A stretch of 64,000 nucleotides of DNA from Callorhinchus milii (GCF_018977255.1 NW_024704742.1:78680001-78744000); one strand, 5' to 3'; shown: positions 37,770-50,714, numbered from the stretch's first letter. Notes: generated by a model not told the origin, from the letters alone. Made by a program: numbers and translations.

Positions 37770-38120
37770 TGTATGTATCAAGTTTCCTCTTAAATACATT
37801 AATGTTGTTTGCTTCAAGCATAGCTTCTGGCAGTGAATTCCCCATTTTTACCACACTCTGTGAAGAAATTCCTCCTAAACTCGATAATAGATCTACTACT
37901 CGCTATCTGATATTTACGTCTTCTAGCTTTGGACTCCCCAACAAGCGGAAACAGCACAACAAGATTCATCCTATCAAATAATTTTATAACCTTAAATACC
38001 TCTATCAGCTCCTCTCTCAATTGTTTCAACTTCAGAGAAAAGCTCCAACCTCTTCAAGATTTCTTGATTCCTGTATCCACTCACCCCTGGTAACACCCTT
38101 GTAAATCTCTACTGTACTCA
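37770..38120 (-). mobile_element. CR1 ORF2 end and 3' UTR fragment
   Basis: LREELIEVFKVIKLFDR...RRNFFT; NSLPEAMLEANNINVFKRKLD. Confidence 0.75.
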
Positions 38121-39007
38121 CTCATGCTATATGGATAAATATTTGTGCAATGCAACTCGAAGTATGACGCAGCACTGCAATCATTGCAGGAATTTTACAC
38201 TTCACAAATTGAACTTGTTTCAAATTCTTTATTTTTAATTGAAATAAGAAGATGACATCCCATGTGTGTTTTTAAATAAAAGCGAAGGGAAATAATCCAA
38301 ATTTATGGTTTGTTTGTGTCTTGAAATAAATCATGTTTCAAATAATTTAAATCAGCTATGATAAATGACAGATTCTGTTTGCATTAAAGAGTCCCTTGAG
38401 CTATTAACTGTAAGAAACATGCACGGAGAAGCTAATGATGAGGCAATAACTATATAAGGTTCGAGATTCAAGATGTGAATACCATATCAAGCTCTTGTTT
38501 AGGACTTTTGCAGTTCCTTCCAATTTAGTGTCTCTTCTCAAATCCTTACACCTTGTTCCTCTCCTCTCTGGTTTCAACCCTAATCGAATACTGTATTTCT
38601 TTGATTGCATCGTCAGCACCTTCCCCCTACCCCCTACAGCCCAACAGTAATAAAAAAAATTGGGTCACTCTATCCACGACTATTTGTGGGACACAGCTGC
38701 TGCGTTTCACCCACAAAATATACAGTAAAATTCACTTTACAGTATATTCTGTGAAGCACTTTGAGATGTCTCACGATGTGATAAGGTGCTATATCAAATG
38801 CAAGGATTCTTATTACAGCCCAATTAGCTCAGGCTCTCACTCGATCTTTGTAAGGCACTTTGAGATGTTGTCTTGAATGAAACTTACTAAGTAAATGCAA
38901 ATTGTTGTTGTTGAACATAGAGGGAATCCTTAACTCCCCAACATCCACTCCACTGGTGGCTTACTACCTTCCACTAAAGTTAACATACATATGGTTTCCG
39001 ACTCGCC

Positions 39008-39485
39008 CATTCATGAGACATTCCGTTTCTGGGGAGAGGGCAAAGGGACCCGAAACATCAACCATCGCCTAACTTGACGAACATCTAATTTGCAGGGATC
39101 TGGGAGAAAGGACCATTAAATGGGACTGAAAGGATTGCTCTTAAAAGAGCCAGCACAGATACAATGTGTCAAATGGCCTTCTTTTGTGCTGTGACTTTCT
39201 ATGCTTCAGTGCTCTATGCCCCGGTGGTGGTATTGGCGAAGGAGCCTACAAGGAAATTTGCCCTTCTTGAATTCTATGGTGGTAAGCAGCCTTTCGGAGC
39301 AAAAATGAGGGAAGAAATGAGAAGAGAAGAAACGTTGAAAAGAAAATCACAGCACCGAAATAGCACTGTACTTTACATGGCTACATTTATTTTCAAAATA
39401 CTTTTTTCACCCTATTTGTACATTGCACAACATCATCCAATCCATTCGCAATCAACCAGAAATGTTCAGCAAGCAGTAGCTCTTA
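39008..39485 (+). repeat. Left arm of an inverted duplication
   Basis: Reverse complement of 45492-46080 once the SINE insert in that arm is removed. Confidence 0.9.
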
Positions 39486-40847
39486 AATAGCTGAAAGTCT
39501 CGCCTCCCAGACAACGGTGGGAGACATGAAGCAGATCGGTGTTCACTGAGCTAGGAAGGCACCAGAGATAGGGTGGGATGAGACAGGCAGCCCTCCATTC
39601 ACACTTCATCCCTGATCCATTCTCATTGTAACACCGCTGATGCGCTGGCTGTAAGTGCTGTCCAGACAGTAAAAGGAAGTGTTGTGCATGTGAACTCAAC
39701 AGTGGCCATTCTCTAGACCAGCCAGAAACTGCTGCTGGGATGAATTAGTGAATAATGGGGGACAGGAATAGCCTCAGCAAGGCCAGAGAAGATTTGCAGT
39801 TCAGCAAAGAGGAAGGGACGGACATTATTGAAGAGCGAGAGGGTCAAGGGAGAGAAAGGGGTCCGAAATTCCACCTAGACTTAGCACGTAAAACCATTTT
39901 GTCATAAAGCATGAGATGGTGAAGAATTGTGGAAAATTCTTACATTAAATCATAATTTGAAATCTGTTCATTTTCAAGAACTACAGAAGAACAATTTTGA
40001 AATTAAGACTGAATTTAAGATTTTTCTGGAATTCTGCTTTACCTTACATTTTAAGACAAAATGATCTGATTGACTAAGACTAGATGGAATTTTGAGCCTC
40101 AAAAGATGCATTCTTATCTTTTAGGTCCATCAGTTTTAAATTCAAGCAGAAAAAGGTGAATGTCAAGACTTGGAAGTTATCAATTCATTTCTAAACAATG
40201 GGAGTGTGATGATACCTAGGGATGTGGAGTACTAATTTAGTTATTGATGTATTAAAAGCCAAATGCGAATATGCCAAACAGAAATAATAATTTGAATGAA
40301 TAATTATCCTCAGATTTAATGTATGGCCTATAACATCAACGTCTCAAAGCTTCGCAGAAAATTGCTGCCAAGTTCAGAGACTGTGCATATCATGGGCGAA
40401 CATGGCAGCCAATTTGCACACAGCAATGTCCCACAAACAGCCACAAAGTGAATGAGCAGTTTTATTTGTAAGATTGTTGCTGAGGACATTAGAAGAAATT
40501 CCCTTCTCTTTTCGAATAGTGTAATGGGATCTGAGTTAACGTCTCATCTAAAGGACCTTTTTCTATCAACAAAACAATGCATCAAATGTACCATTGCGCA
40601 TCCTGTCCATGCCATGATAGGACATAGACTCATGCTTTATCTTGCATGTGTTAATGGACTATGCAGAAGGGTAATGATAGCCAGTGCCTAGAGCAAAGTA
40701 ACATTGGTGGAAAGAAACAGCTATGTGTCACACCTTGTGACTGTCACATTAGGGCTTTGTGGTCAGCTTCATGTGCAGAGATGTTTATCATTTTTTACCT
40801 CTGGCCATGATAACCTTCCCTCTGTGTCCCTTTCTTTGCTGCATTAG

Positions 40848-40926
40848 GTGGATACATTTTACGGGGACGTCTCAGTTGCTGGAACATTTCATTACACCAG
40901 GCCGCAGGCTCTTCAGGGCTACTGAT
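40848..40926 (+). other. Candidate exon (79 nt)
   Basis: Acceptor ccctctgtgtccctttctttgctgcattag, donor GAT|gtaaga, non-repetitive interior; product unrecognised. Confidence 0.3.
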
Positions 40927-41205
40927 GTAAGAAATGATGAAAATGGAAAAGCAGAAACACATTCTAATTTAAGCTACATTAAACACAGTTATAAAATCAG
41001 AAGAATGTGTATTGGATAACACAATTCATCTCTCCTTACTCACGCCATTATTTAAATCTATGTTCAGTATCTTAGACATCACAGCAATAGAAACTGCACA
41101 GTCAGCTCAATTGAAGGTTTCTGCACTGTAAGTTACAGAAGGACTGTTGAATGTTGATTCAAAGCCTTCTTCATAATAATACAACTGAAAGCTTACATTC
41201 TTATT

Positions 41206-41588
41206 GTGGAGCCCTGCAGCTTAATGGTTAGAGCCCTCTCCTCGCAAGCGAGAGGACCTGGGTTCGATTCCCAAGCGGGGTAAAGCCTTAAACAAGTTTC
41301 CTTACTCCATATGCCTCTGTTTCTCTAGCAGTAAGTAGGAACCCAGATGCTAGTTGATTGGCGGATCGCTTTTCCGGGGATAATAATCCCTTCAAAAAAT
41401 GTTTTTTTTAATTATAATTTGGTCAGTCAATCCATGACTGTTTATGAGATAATGCTATGCACAATTAGCTGCTGTGTTTCACTCACAAAACATACAGTCA
41501 ATTTGTTTTACAGTGTATTCTTTGAAGTGCTTTGAGATATCTCGAAGACGTGATAAGGCATAATGCAAGGATTATTATTAATATTATT
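41206..41588 (+). mobile_element. tRNA-derived SINE, long subfamily
   Basis: gtggagccctgcagcttaatggttagagc...tgcctctgtttctctagcagtaagtaggaaccc...atgcaaggattattatta. Confidence 0.9.
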
Positions 41589-41669
41589 AAGGTGGTGTGC
41601 TCTGAAGTATAAAAGATTAGGAGGTATTCATTTCAATTGTAGCAAAGCCCTCACCTTCTCTGGCTGTTT

Positions 41670-42050
41670 GTTTGCTTCTGTCGGTAGCACTCTCGCCTCT
41701 GAGTTAGAAGGTTGTGGGATCAAACCCCAAGTGGGAGACTTTGAGCTTACAGTGTAGAAGTGTAGTGTACACGCTCCAGTGTGAAGCTGGAGGTGTGCTG
41801 CATTGTCAGAGGTATATCCTTTGGACAGGACATAAAATTCAAATCCTGTCTATTTGTTCAGATGAACATTAAAGATACCATGACACTATATGAAAACATT
41901 TTCCTGCCTGTCCTAGCCAACAATCCCATAAATAATATTGGTCTTTCACATTGCTGACTGTGAATTGGCTGCCACGTTTGCCTACAAATACACAGTTACT
42001 GCACTTCACAGTAAATTATGTTTGGATGATGTGATAAGTTCCAATATCAA
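41670..42050 (+). mobile_element. DeuSINE-like element
   Basis: ggtagcactctcgcctctgagttagaaggttgtgggatcaaacccc head and Deu-like attggctgccacgtttgcctac. Confidence 0.75.
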
Positions 42051-42959
42051 GGGGCAATGGCCAGCTGGAGAGAGGCCATTGCGTATATGTGAAGTGCCCG
42101 TTGCCACGGCAGCAAGATAGCTTGTTAAATTTAAAGCTTGGCAAATTCATAGATTGCCTAAGGAAGTGTGCCTCACCTGTCAAAAAGATCAGCAGTCACC
42201 ACTGCTGTAATGTGTGTTCTGTATGTGAGTTAACAAGTTTGCAATAGTCACATTTTATGCACCTTCCTTGTAACTGTAAGTTTCCAGCAGACTTGCATAA
42301 GCCTGGAAAAGAGTCAGTGCATCAATTAATAAATTATCTCCTGGTGAGCATGTAACCCAGAGAGAACTCCAAATAAATGCTTTTGGACAACATTCCTTTT
42401 GGCCGATCCCTGACCCATGTTGAATGCAGCTCTCAGCTAGCCGGGTACAGGCTGCACGCTCTGGTTCTTCAGATCACAATCTCAAGGCTGATTCTCCTTC
42501 TCTTGATGAACTGGAATGAACATTTTATAGGAGGGTATTCAAGTGCAATTGGAATGCAGATAGACATCACGCACTCCGGATCTGCAAACGCTACTGACCT
42601 GTGAAGTACGTTTTACTGCTCCTCAGCATGATCAATGGAAGATTTGACGCTCAATTTCGTGTACACCTAGGCAGCACATTTATTATCATACAAATTGCGA
42701 ATTTTATTTGATATTAGGATCGAAAAAGTGCCGGTTCGCAATGGATTCGCTGTTAGCAACTCAGAATAACTCGCAGTAAGTACATCCTACTAGTAATAAG
42801 CATTACATCACAGGCAACCCCGCGATCTACTTCCAATACTTCCATCTATTGGAGTGAATATATTGCCATTGAAAGCACTGATTGGTAAACTTCCTGCTAC
42901 TTGTCCAGATGAGTACCTTCCCAGATGAGATCTGATATGAACCGCATAATCTATCTCCT

Positions 42960-43410
42960 ATAGTTCAGCGCTGTGGCAGTCTCGGGTGGTCCGGTTCCTG
43001 AGCAGACGGGCTTAAGGTACGTTATTGATGACAGACCAGCCAGCCTGACACGGAGGGTGGTAGAGGACCAGACACTAGAATTCGTTTCACTCAGCTCCTG
43101 TTAATTCTGCAAACACAGCCCTGCAGTTTAGGATTGTCCTTGCTGGACAAACAGCGGGAAGTTTGCCAATCAGTGCTTTCAGTGGCAAAATTGTTAAACT
43201 CCAGCCCAAGCCTTGGCTCTTGCCAACCTAAAATTTTACAGGATTAGGTAAGCAGGCTGCATTCCTTCAAAGATAAGAGTACACACTCCATTCCAGACAC
43301 AGGAAAAAAATCCAATGATATATAAAATATTCAGTATTGGGGCTTGGATACTCTTTAAAGCATGTGGATGGTTTTAGGCATTTCAGACACCTGACTGACC
43401 AAATAAAAAA
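42960..43410 (+). repeat. Long copy of the unclassified dispersed repeat
   Basis: Collinear with the reverse complement of 55975-56495 (gtctcgg, gttcctgagc, gacag..cagccagcctg, gctggacaa.cagcggga, cttggctcttgc.aacct, ttaggtaagcagg, ctgaccaaa). Confidence 0.8.
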
Positions 43411-44154
43411 TATATAGCGACCAAATAAAAATAGGTTGAACTATTGCACAATGCCTTTCATGATGAGTTGGAAGAATATAACCCGGCACCAATGCATCTT
43501 TAAAAGACTCATGGTAAAAACTTAACCAACAAAAGTTCCTATTTTAATAAATAAAATAACTTTTCTACCACACTGCATCTTGGAATTTGTTGATCCAAAT
43601 GTGGTTTGACAACAGTGACTTCTAAATTAAGATTTGCAATAGAGATTTGAGGCTAGAAGTGCCAATCTGAATGGCAGTGCAGTAATGGTGGGTGGAGATG
43701 TTACTGACATCAATATCCCAAAGATTGGAATCGTTTGTGGATGCAAAAATAAAATAGCCCCAAATTAGTTCAAAGACCCCACCGTTGAATTTAATGATTG
43801 CAAAAGATAACTCCTTGGAGTTTGCTGCATTTGACAATTTAATTCACATGGTGACTTCTAATCCAAAGTGACATCTTAAAACAAAAGTTTCTTTGCATAG
43901 CCTAGAGTCACAAAGTGAATAAGAAATGTGTCTAGTAATAAATTATTAATTGTCAAAATGCTGACTGCAAAAGAGATGATGTGCTCAATGCAATTGTGAA
44001 ATACAGCAGCAAAATTAAGTATGTCACTTTCCTGCACTGCTTGCTATTATTTCTAATTATTATTTATGGGAGACTGGAAATATAATGATTACAGACTCTC
44101 TGAAGGCACATGTTAGATTTGGTAAATGATTCATTTTACTTAGCTTTTCTCTTA

Positions 44155-44282
44155 GAGGGGATTCAAAGCTACAGAGGATTCAGAATAGAGAAGATTCAGA
44201 GGAGAGATGAGTCATGATAGAGAGGATTCAAGGACTGATAGGATTCAAAAGTAGAAAGATTAAAGGGTTCAGAGAATTCAAA
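44155..44282. repeat. Degenerate AGAGGATTCA-type short tandem repeat
   Basis: gattca recurs about 6 times with purine-rich spacers. Confidence 0.55.
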
Positions 44283-45491
44283 GGTCTGGCTCTGTTGATC
44301 CCACTCTCGCCTTTGAGTCAGAAAGCTGTGGGTTTAATTGGCACATCAGGATAGGCATACAGATATACTGTATAAAGCAGGAATATAAGTTAAATCCAAA
44401 GGTTATAATAATGGTAGACTTCTCCTGCATCCAATTCTCTCCAATGTGATCAGATATCAACTTGTTTCATTTGGATCAGAAGATTGTGGATTCAAGACAC
44501 ATTTGGAGATGCTGAGCTCATAATTCTGGCTGACACTAGGGTACTGCTGCAATATTGGAGATGCCATCATTTGATGACACATTAACCGAAGGTCCTGACT
44601 GCCTGTTTAGGTAACTTTAAAGATTCCACTGCACAATTTGAAAATCCTCCAAACAAAAAAAATGGTAATATGCTTCACGATTGTTTATAGGATAGATCTG
44701 AGGGACGGCACCTCTAATAATACAGCAGCACATTCACAGCACTGCATGGGTGTGTCATTTTGGACTAAAGAAGTCCCGATGTGGGGCTTGAACCCATAAC
44801 TATCTGACTCAGAGTCAAGAGAGCTACCAACCCAGACAAGCTGTCACATTTAAAATAAATATCCATTTATTAATTGTCAGTTTATTGGATTAAGCTGCGT
44901 TTGACAATTGGACTCCATGTGCTAAGATTTCAAGTGTTGCAAGCAGGTTACTTTGAACTTGGTAACAAACCTTTGCATTTAAAGTTGTGACAAGTTTTCC
45001 CTTCAGTCCATTTATTTGGGTTCAGTTTGAATCTGTTTAATAATGCAGGAGCAGAGTTTATTGATGTTGAAAAACTATTTTAAGATGAAGTTTGCTTCCT
45101 CCTAAAATGGAATGCATGTTAATCTGTTGCTAAATTTAGATTACAATAGAGGAGCCGGGCAGCATGATTCTGAATTATTTCAAGGTATGGCATGCCTTTA
45201 TATATGATCTGAGTTGACATTTGCAGTCCTTTTGCACTTAAACACTCCATTATGGCAGTATGCAAGAGGTTCAGTTTCTTCAGATACTCTAGATGTCCCT
45301 TCTCCTGCCAAACACCAAGATTTGTTGAAGGAGATTGAGTGATTTGTAACCTGTTAGACAGCCTATTTTTCATCTGTCATTGCCCTCGGGAAGTGCAGCG
45401 TAAATTAACCTGACAGTGCAACCTGAAGGACATTCTGGGCAAAAAGCATCCCAAGCCAATGAATAACTTATAAGAACTTTACTGAACAAAC

Positions 45492-46080
45492 TAAGAGCTA
45501 CTGCTTGCTGAACATTTCTGGTTGAGTGCGAATGGATTAGATGATGTTGTGCAATGTACAAACAGGATGAGGAAAGTATTTTTAAAAAATGTAGCCATGT
45601 AATGTACAGTGCTATTTCAGTGCTGTGATTTCCATTTACAAGGTTTCTTCTCTTCTCATTTCTTCCCTCATTTTTGCCCCAAAAGACTGCTTACCACCAT
45701 AGAATTCAAGAAGGGCAAATTTCCTTGTAGGCTCCTTCGCCAATAATAATAAAAATAATAATCCTTGCATTTGATATAGCACTTTTCACATCTTCTAGAC
45801 GTCTCAAAGTGCTTTACAAATTATGCTGTAAAGTGAATTGACCGTATATTTGTGGGTAATACCACCATTGGGGCATAAAGCATTGAAGCACAGAAAGTTA
45901 CAGCACAAAAGAAGGCCATTTGATACATTGTGTCTGTGCTGGCTCTTTTAAGAGCGATCCTTTCAGTACCATTTACCAGCCCTTGCCCCCAAATCCCTGC
46001 AAATTAGAGGTTAGTGAAGTTAGGCGATGTCTGACATTTCGGCTCCCTTTGCTCTCTCCCCAGAAACACGGTGTCTCATG
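45492..46080 (-). repeat. Right arm of the inverted duplication, with a SINE 3' fragment inserted at ~45746-45857
   Basis: Matches 39008-39485; the insert is flanked by aata, and the left arm shows the empty site (ggtggtattggcgaagg). Confidence 0.9.
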
Positions 46081-46194
46081 TATGTGTGGAACATACTTCA
46101 ACTTGTCATCTTGCTGACCCTTAACAAAACAGTTAACTACAAAGACTTACACAGATTGTACAGCATGGAAACAGATCATTTGGCCCAAGCAATC

Positions 46195-46526
46195 GTGGAG
46201 TCCTGTAGCTCAGTGGTTAGAGCACTCGCTTTGCAAGCGAGAGACCTGAGTTCAATTCCAGGCAGAGGGCGAAACCTTGGGCAAGTTTCCTTACTCCACA
46301 CAGAGCCTAATAATAATCCCTCCAAAAACCAAAAACAATAATAAATTGGTCATTTTCAATCTACGACTGTTTGTGGGACATTGCTGTGCGCAATTGGCTG
46401 CCGCGTTCGCCCACAAATATACAGTCAATTCACTTTACAGTGTGTTCTGTGAAACGCTTTGGGACGTCCTCCCGACGTGAAAAGTGCAATATCAAATGCA
46501 AGGATTATTATTATTATTATTATTAT
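46195..46526 (+). mobile_element. Full-length young tRNA-Ala-derived SINE
   Basis: Near-identical to 4397 and 60579; perfect anticodon stem CTCGC/GCGAG; (TTA)n tail. Confidence 0.95.
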
Positions 46527-48489
46527 AACCAGTCCATTGGGCTGAATGACCTGTTTCCATGCTGTACAATCTGCAGCATACTCAGATGTATGAGTATGTA
46601 CTCATACTCCACATATGAAAATACACTTCACATGAGTTTCCACCCACTCCTTTCTCCTGCCCATACTCTTCTGTTCCCCTCTCCTTCATGTGAAGGTCCA
46701 GCTTCTTCTTGAACATACTATTTCATTCAACTACCATTTCAGACAGCAAGTTCCCCAATCTCACTACTCTCTGTGTGATGTAGCTCCTCCTAAATTCTCA
46801 TTTAGATCCTCTAAGTCGCTACCTTACACTCATATCCCCTGGTTACAGACTCCCCCGCCAGTGGGAACAACCTGTGGGAACTGAGACATTTGGACTCAAA
46901 TAACATTGAAATGTGTGGTTGACCATGCTTCTTCCAACTGCGCCATTGCATCCTAGTTTTTACCACTTGTTTTTAGAAGAGAATAGAAGGGTTTAGATAA
47001 GGAGAATAGGAGGGGTGGGATGCAGGTCAGAGCATGCGCTTAAACTCATGAGGAGCTGGGTTGGAAAGATCAGAAAAACTGGTAGGGACATTTTTTGTTG
47101 AATTATATATATTTTAAACATAGTGGAAGCTACTGGGAATAGACCAGTCAACAAAATTGGAGCAATCATAAGATCACAAGTATGTCAGGTAAAGAAGGCC
47201 TTTTGGTCTATCGATTTGATCTCATGCTTTCCCATCATGGCTAGTACTGAAGTTTTGCTTCCCTCCAGTTACAGAGGAGCTCTTAGGTTTGTGCTCATTC
47301 AAATACAGAGCTTGCCTTAACCCTCAGTCAATGAGATTTGATCTATTCATGTAATGGATTCATTTGAGAGATCAGCTGAGAGGAGTCATGGACCAAGGGG
47401 TAAGTAGAGCTCAGATTGATTTGCACAAAAAGCCACAGATGTGCTGAGACAGGATGAAAAANCTGTAACATGTCAGCTTACCTCAATTGGTAGCTTTTCT
47501 GACGCTTGGGCAGAAGGTTGTGGGTTCAAGCTGCCATATCATTCTTTTCATTTAAAAGCAACTTCAAATCACTTCCTGCCTGGCACCTCTCTGTCCTGCG
47601 CATACCCGATTCTTCCACCCACCCAATTCACTCAGCTAGCTCTGGCCTTCTTCATGTCCCTTGATCCTTCCACTCCACCATCATTGGCCATGCTGTCAGC
47701 CACTATACTGTTATCCTCTAGAACTCAATGCCTCAATCCCTCCACCTTTCCCCCTCTTTGACCATCTTAAGATCACGTCTGAAAATGTTCCTTTACAAGT
47801 GTAATTATGGTCACCTCCCTTTCTCCCCGGTTTGGCATCAATTCACTTCGACATTGTTAAATGCTGGGAAACGCTATCCAGTGTGAAGGGCACAATATAA
47901 ATACAACGTCTTGTTTTTGTTATGCTTACATCCCCAACCAGCAGAAAGAATCAATTCATTCTCTCAAGCCTTCTCATAATCTTAAACACTCTGTGATATT
48001 ACCCCTCAACCTTCTCTGCATGCACCAAGTAGCAGAAGCAAACAGTTTTTTAAAAAATTATAATTGTGTTTTATGTTTAAGATTGGTGTTTTAGGACTCA
48101 TGTTATACTAATGGCTATTTCTAATATTTGAGTAACCTTGTTCTTGTTATAATAACATGTACCTCAGTGTGAAAATTAAAACTGGCTAGCACAGAAAATG
48201 GATACCAGTGGATCAGACAGCATTCTAAGGATATTTTTCTACGCCTATTTGTGTACATCTCCACTTATATACATAGATAGTATCCATGGATATGATAGAG
48301 AAATATGTGAAAATATTTTTACGTATTTCAGGAGGTCTGATCAAAATTGATACAGCTTATATTTTCTGGGCTAGTCAGTTTTAACTTTCAAGCTCATACA
48401 ATAGTACACTGAAGTACATGTTATTACAATAACAAAGTTACTCAAATTTTAGAATTTGCTTTCTTACTACAATATCACTCCTAAATTAC

Positions 48490-48895
48490 ATAGGTCAGCC
48501 TGCCTCTCTACTCCGATTCATAAGGTATGGGTTCAACAAGCCCCACATCGGGAATTTGCACTCATGGTTCAGCCTGACACTTCAATGCATTCTTCAGATC
48601 AGACATTAAACCAAGGTCCTGTCTTCTTTTTCAGCTCGATGTTGAAATCCCTAATTTTAATTGAACACTAATTGAACAGAGAGAGTTTTTAATTCAGTGT
48701 CGTGAACGAGCAATCCCCAAAACAAAATTGTCATTCACTTCATAGCTGTATGTGGAACTTTGCTGTGCACAAATTGGCTGATGCATTCACCTACAAAATA
48801 CACAGTTACTGCACTTCACAGTATATCCTGTGGATTGATGTGAAACGTCCTTCTGACATGAAAGGTGCTATATTAAATGCAAGGATTATTATTTT
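48490..48895 (+). mobile_element. DeuSINE-like element, decayed
   Basis: aaggtatgggttcaacaagcccc...agacattaaaccaaggtcctgtc...aaatgcaaggattattat. Confidence 0.7.
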
Positions 48896-49736
48896 TATCA
48901 ACTAAAAATTTATACGAGAGAAAAAATATCTTGCCTTTTCTATTGCCTTATCATGTCAATACATCTCAGAATGCTTCACAAGTATTTGCCATCAATTGTA
49001 GTGGCTGCTTAATAGGTAAAGACAGCAGCAATTTGTGCCAGCAAGGTTCACAAACAGCTTGTGATGGAGCAAAAACACTCAAACTACTCAAGGTATATCT
49101 GAAAAAACAACTTCACATTCAAGTGTACTTTAAGATATTGCCTTGACTAACCAACATAGGAATAAATCTTTCCAATCTACCACCAGTATTTCAAGTTCTT
49201 TTATGCTTTACATATTCCAGTTGGATCCCTCCAGGCTGTGTCTATAATTAAGCTTTGGCTGGCACATAATGTTAAGTCAATGTTGCTAGGAAATTGTCAA
49301 GGTCAATTTGCTGACACATGAATAATTGTACTTTATGTTGGCAAGTATTGAAACATTTTCTGTTTGAAGGGAAAAAAAATGATTTCTCTGCACTAAATAT
49401 CTCTCTTGTGTTTGACAGCATGAAAAGCAGATTGCCAACAAAGTTTTGTGTAGAAACAGAATGAAAATGGTGAGGAGACATAAATTAATGGCTAGACAGA
49501 TATGATAATTTTACATTATAACTCTAAATTATAGTTTGGGTGAGGTTAATGAACAGTCATTCATCAAAAAATCATATTGCACATCATCTGCAATCTATTT
49601 TGGTATTGCTTTAGAAAAATGGGCTATGTTGTTGCTTGCAGCAATAATTAATGTTTTATATCTGTATAATTTGTGATTCAGTGCATGAAAGAAAAATGTG
49701 TAATACTGATGCCGCTTCTACTCTATTATGTTGCAG

Positions 49737-49801
49737 CCTGTACTTCAGAGAGGACACGTTTCAATGTGGTACTTTACAGATAGTCCTCGAAAAAATATTG
49801 G
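49737..49801 (+). other. Candidate exon (65 nt)
   Basis: Branch-like tactgat, acceptor ttctactctattatgttgcag, donor TGG|gtgaga; phase-0 frame open (PVLQRGHVSMWYFTDSPRKNI). Confidence 0.25.
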
Positions 49802-49932
49802 GTGAGAGGAAAACCAATTTATTTTTCTTTCAATAGTTATTGACGGATTCAAAGTAGGAATCATTACACAGGTTACTGGTTCCTTTAAAACATTTTTTTC
49901 TAGGATAAAGTTCCATCCATTTGCATTTTTCT

Positions 49933-50445
49933 TAATAATAATAAACCTTACATTTCGTATAGTACCTTATCACATTGTTAAGAAGTCTCACAGTGCTTCA
50001 CAAGATTTATTGCATATTTGCAGGTGAACAGCTAACTTGTACACAGTAATGTCTTGCCATGACATGAAGCCATGAAGCGAATGACCAATTTTATCTAGAA
50101 GATTGTGAAACTCCCATCTATGTTTTAATATAGCCAAGGGAGCTTTAAGGTGGACCTGAACAGGTAGACGGAACTTGGGTTTAATCTCATCTGAAGGACA
50201 GGACAATGCAGAGCTCCCACAGCACTTTTTGGGGAATCAGCCTAGACTGTGAGTTCATAAGAACATAAGAACATAAGAAATGCTAGACCAAAAAAGATCA
50301 AAGTCCATCTAGTTCACCTTCCACCTTCCTGGCGGTCGCATGCACATATGTCCCAAACGACTTAAGTTCAAAATCCCATTGTGCGGCTTGAACCTACATC
50401 CTTCTTACTTAGAAGCAATAGTGCTACCAACTGAGCTAGGTTGAC
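49933..50445 (-). mobile_element. DeuSINE-like element with a nested CR1 tail (~50258-50363)
   Basis: Reverse head gtgctaccaactgagctagg; insert taagaacataagaacataagaaatgctagac flanked by agttca. Confidence 0.75.
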
Positions 50446-50714
50446 GCCTATACTTCCCAGTAACTTCCTAAAATATAATCGGTGCCCTTGGGCGAATGGA
50501 TTTGAAATATTCTGAACACATCGATTTGTCCTTCAAACCTTATTCCCAATGGAAAGCATTATAATTGTACTTCAGGTTATTTTAGTTTAATTCTTGTAAT
50601 GCGTCAGTGTAGGTCTCCTTGGAGCTAGCTCCAAGGCAACATGCCTGGCAATGAAATGTCAGAATTGAGCCATCCCTCTGTGGTGTAAGGATTATAATAT
50701 TCCTGTACAACATT

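Noticed and set aside
47462..47462. Single N base
   Set aside because: Assembly ambiguity, not biology.
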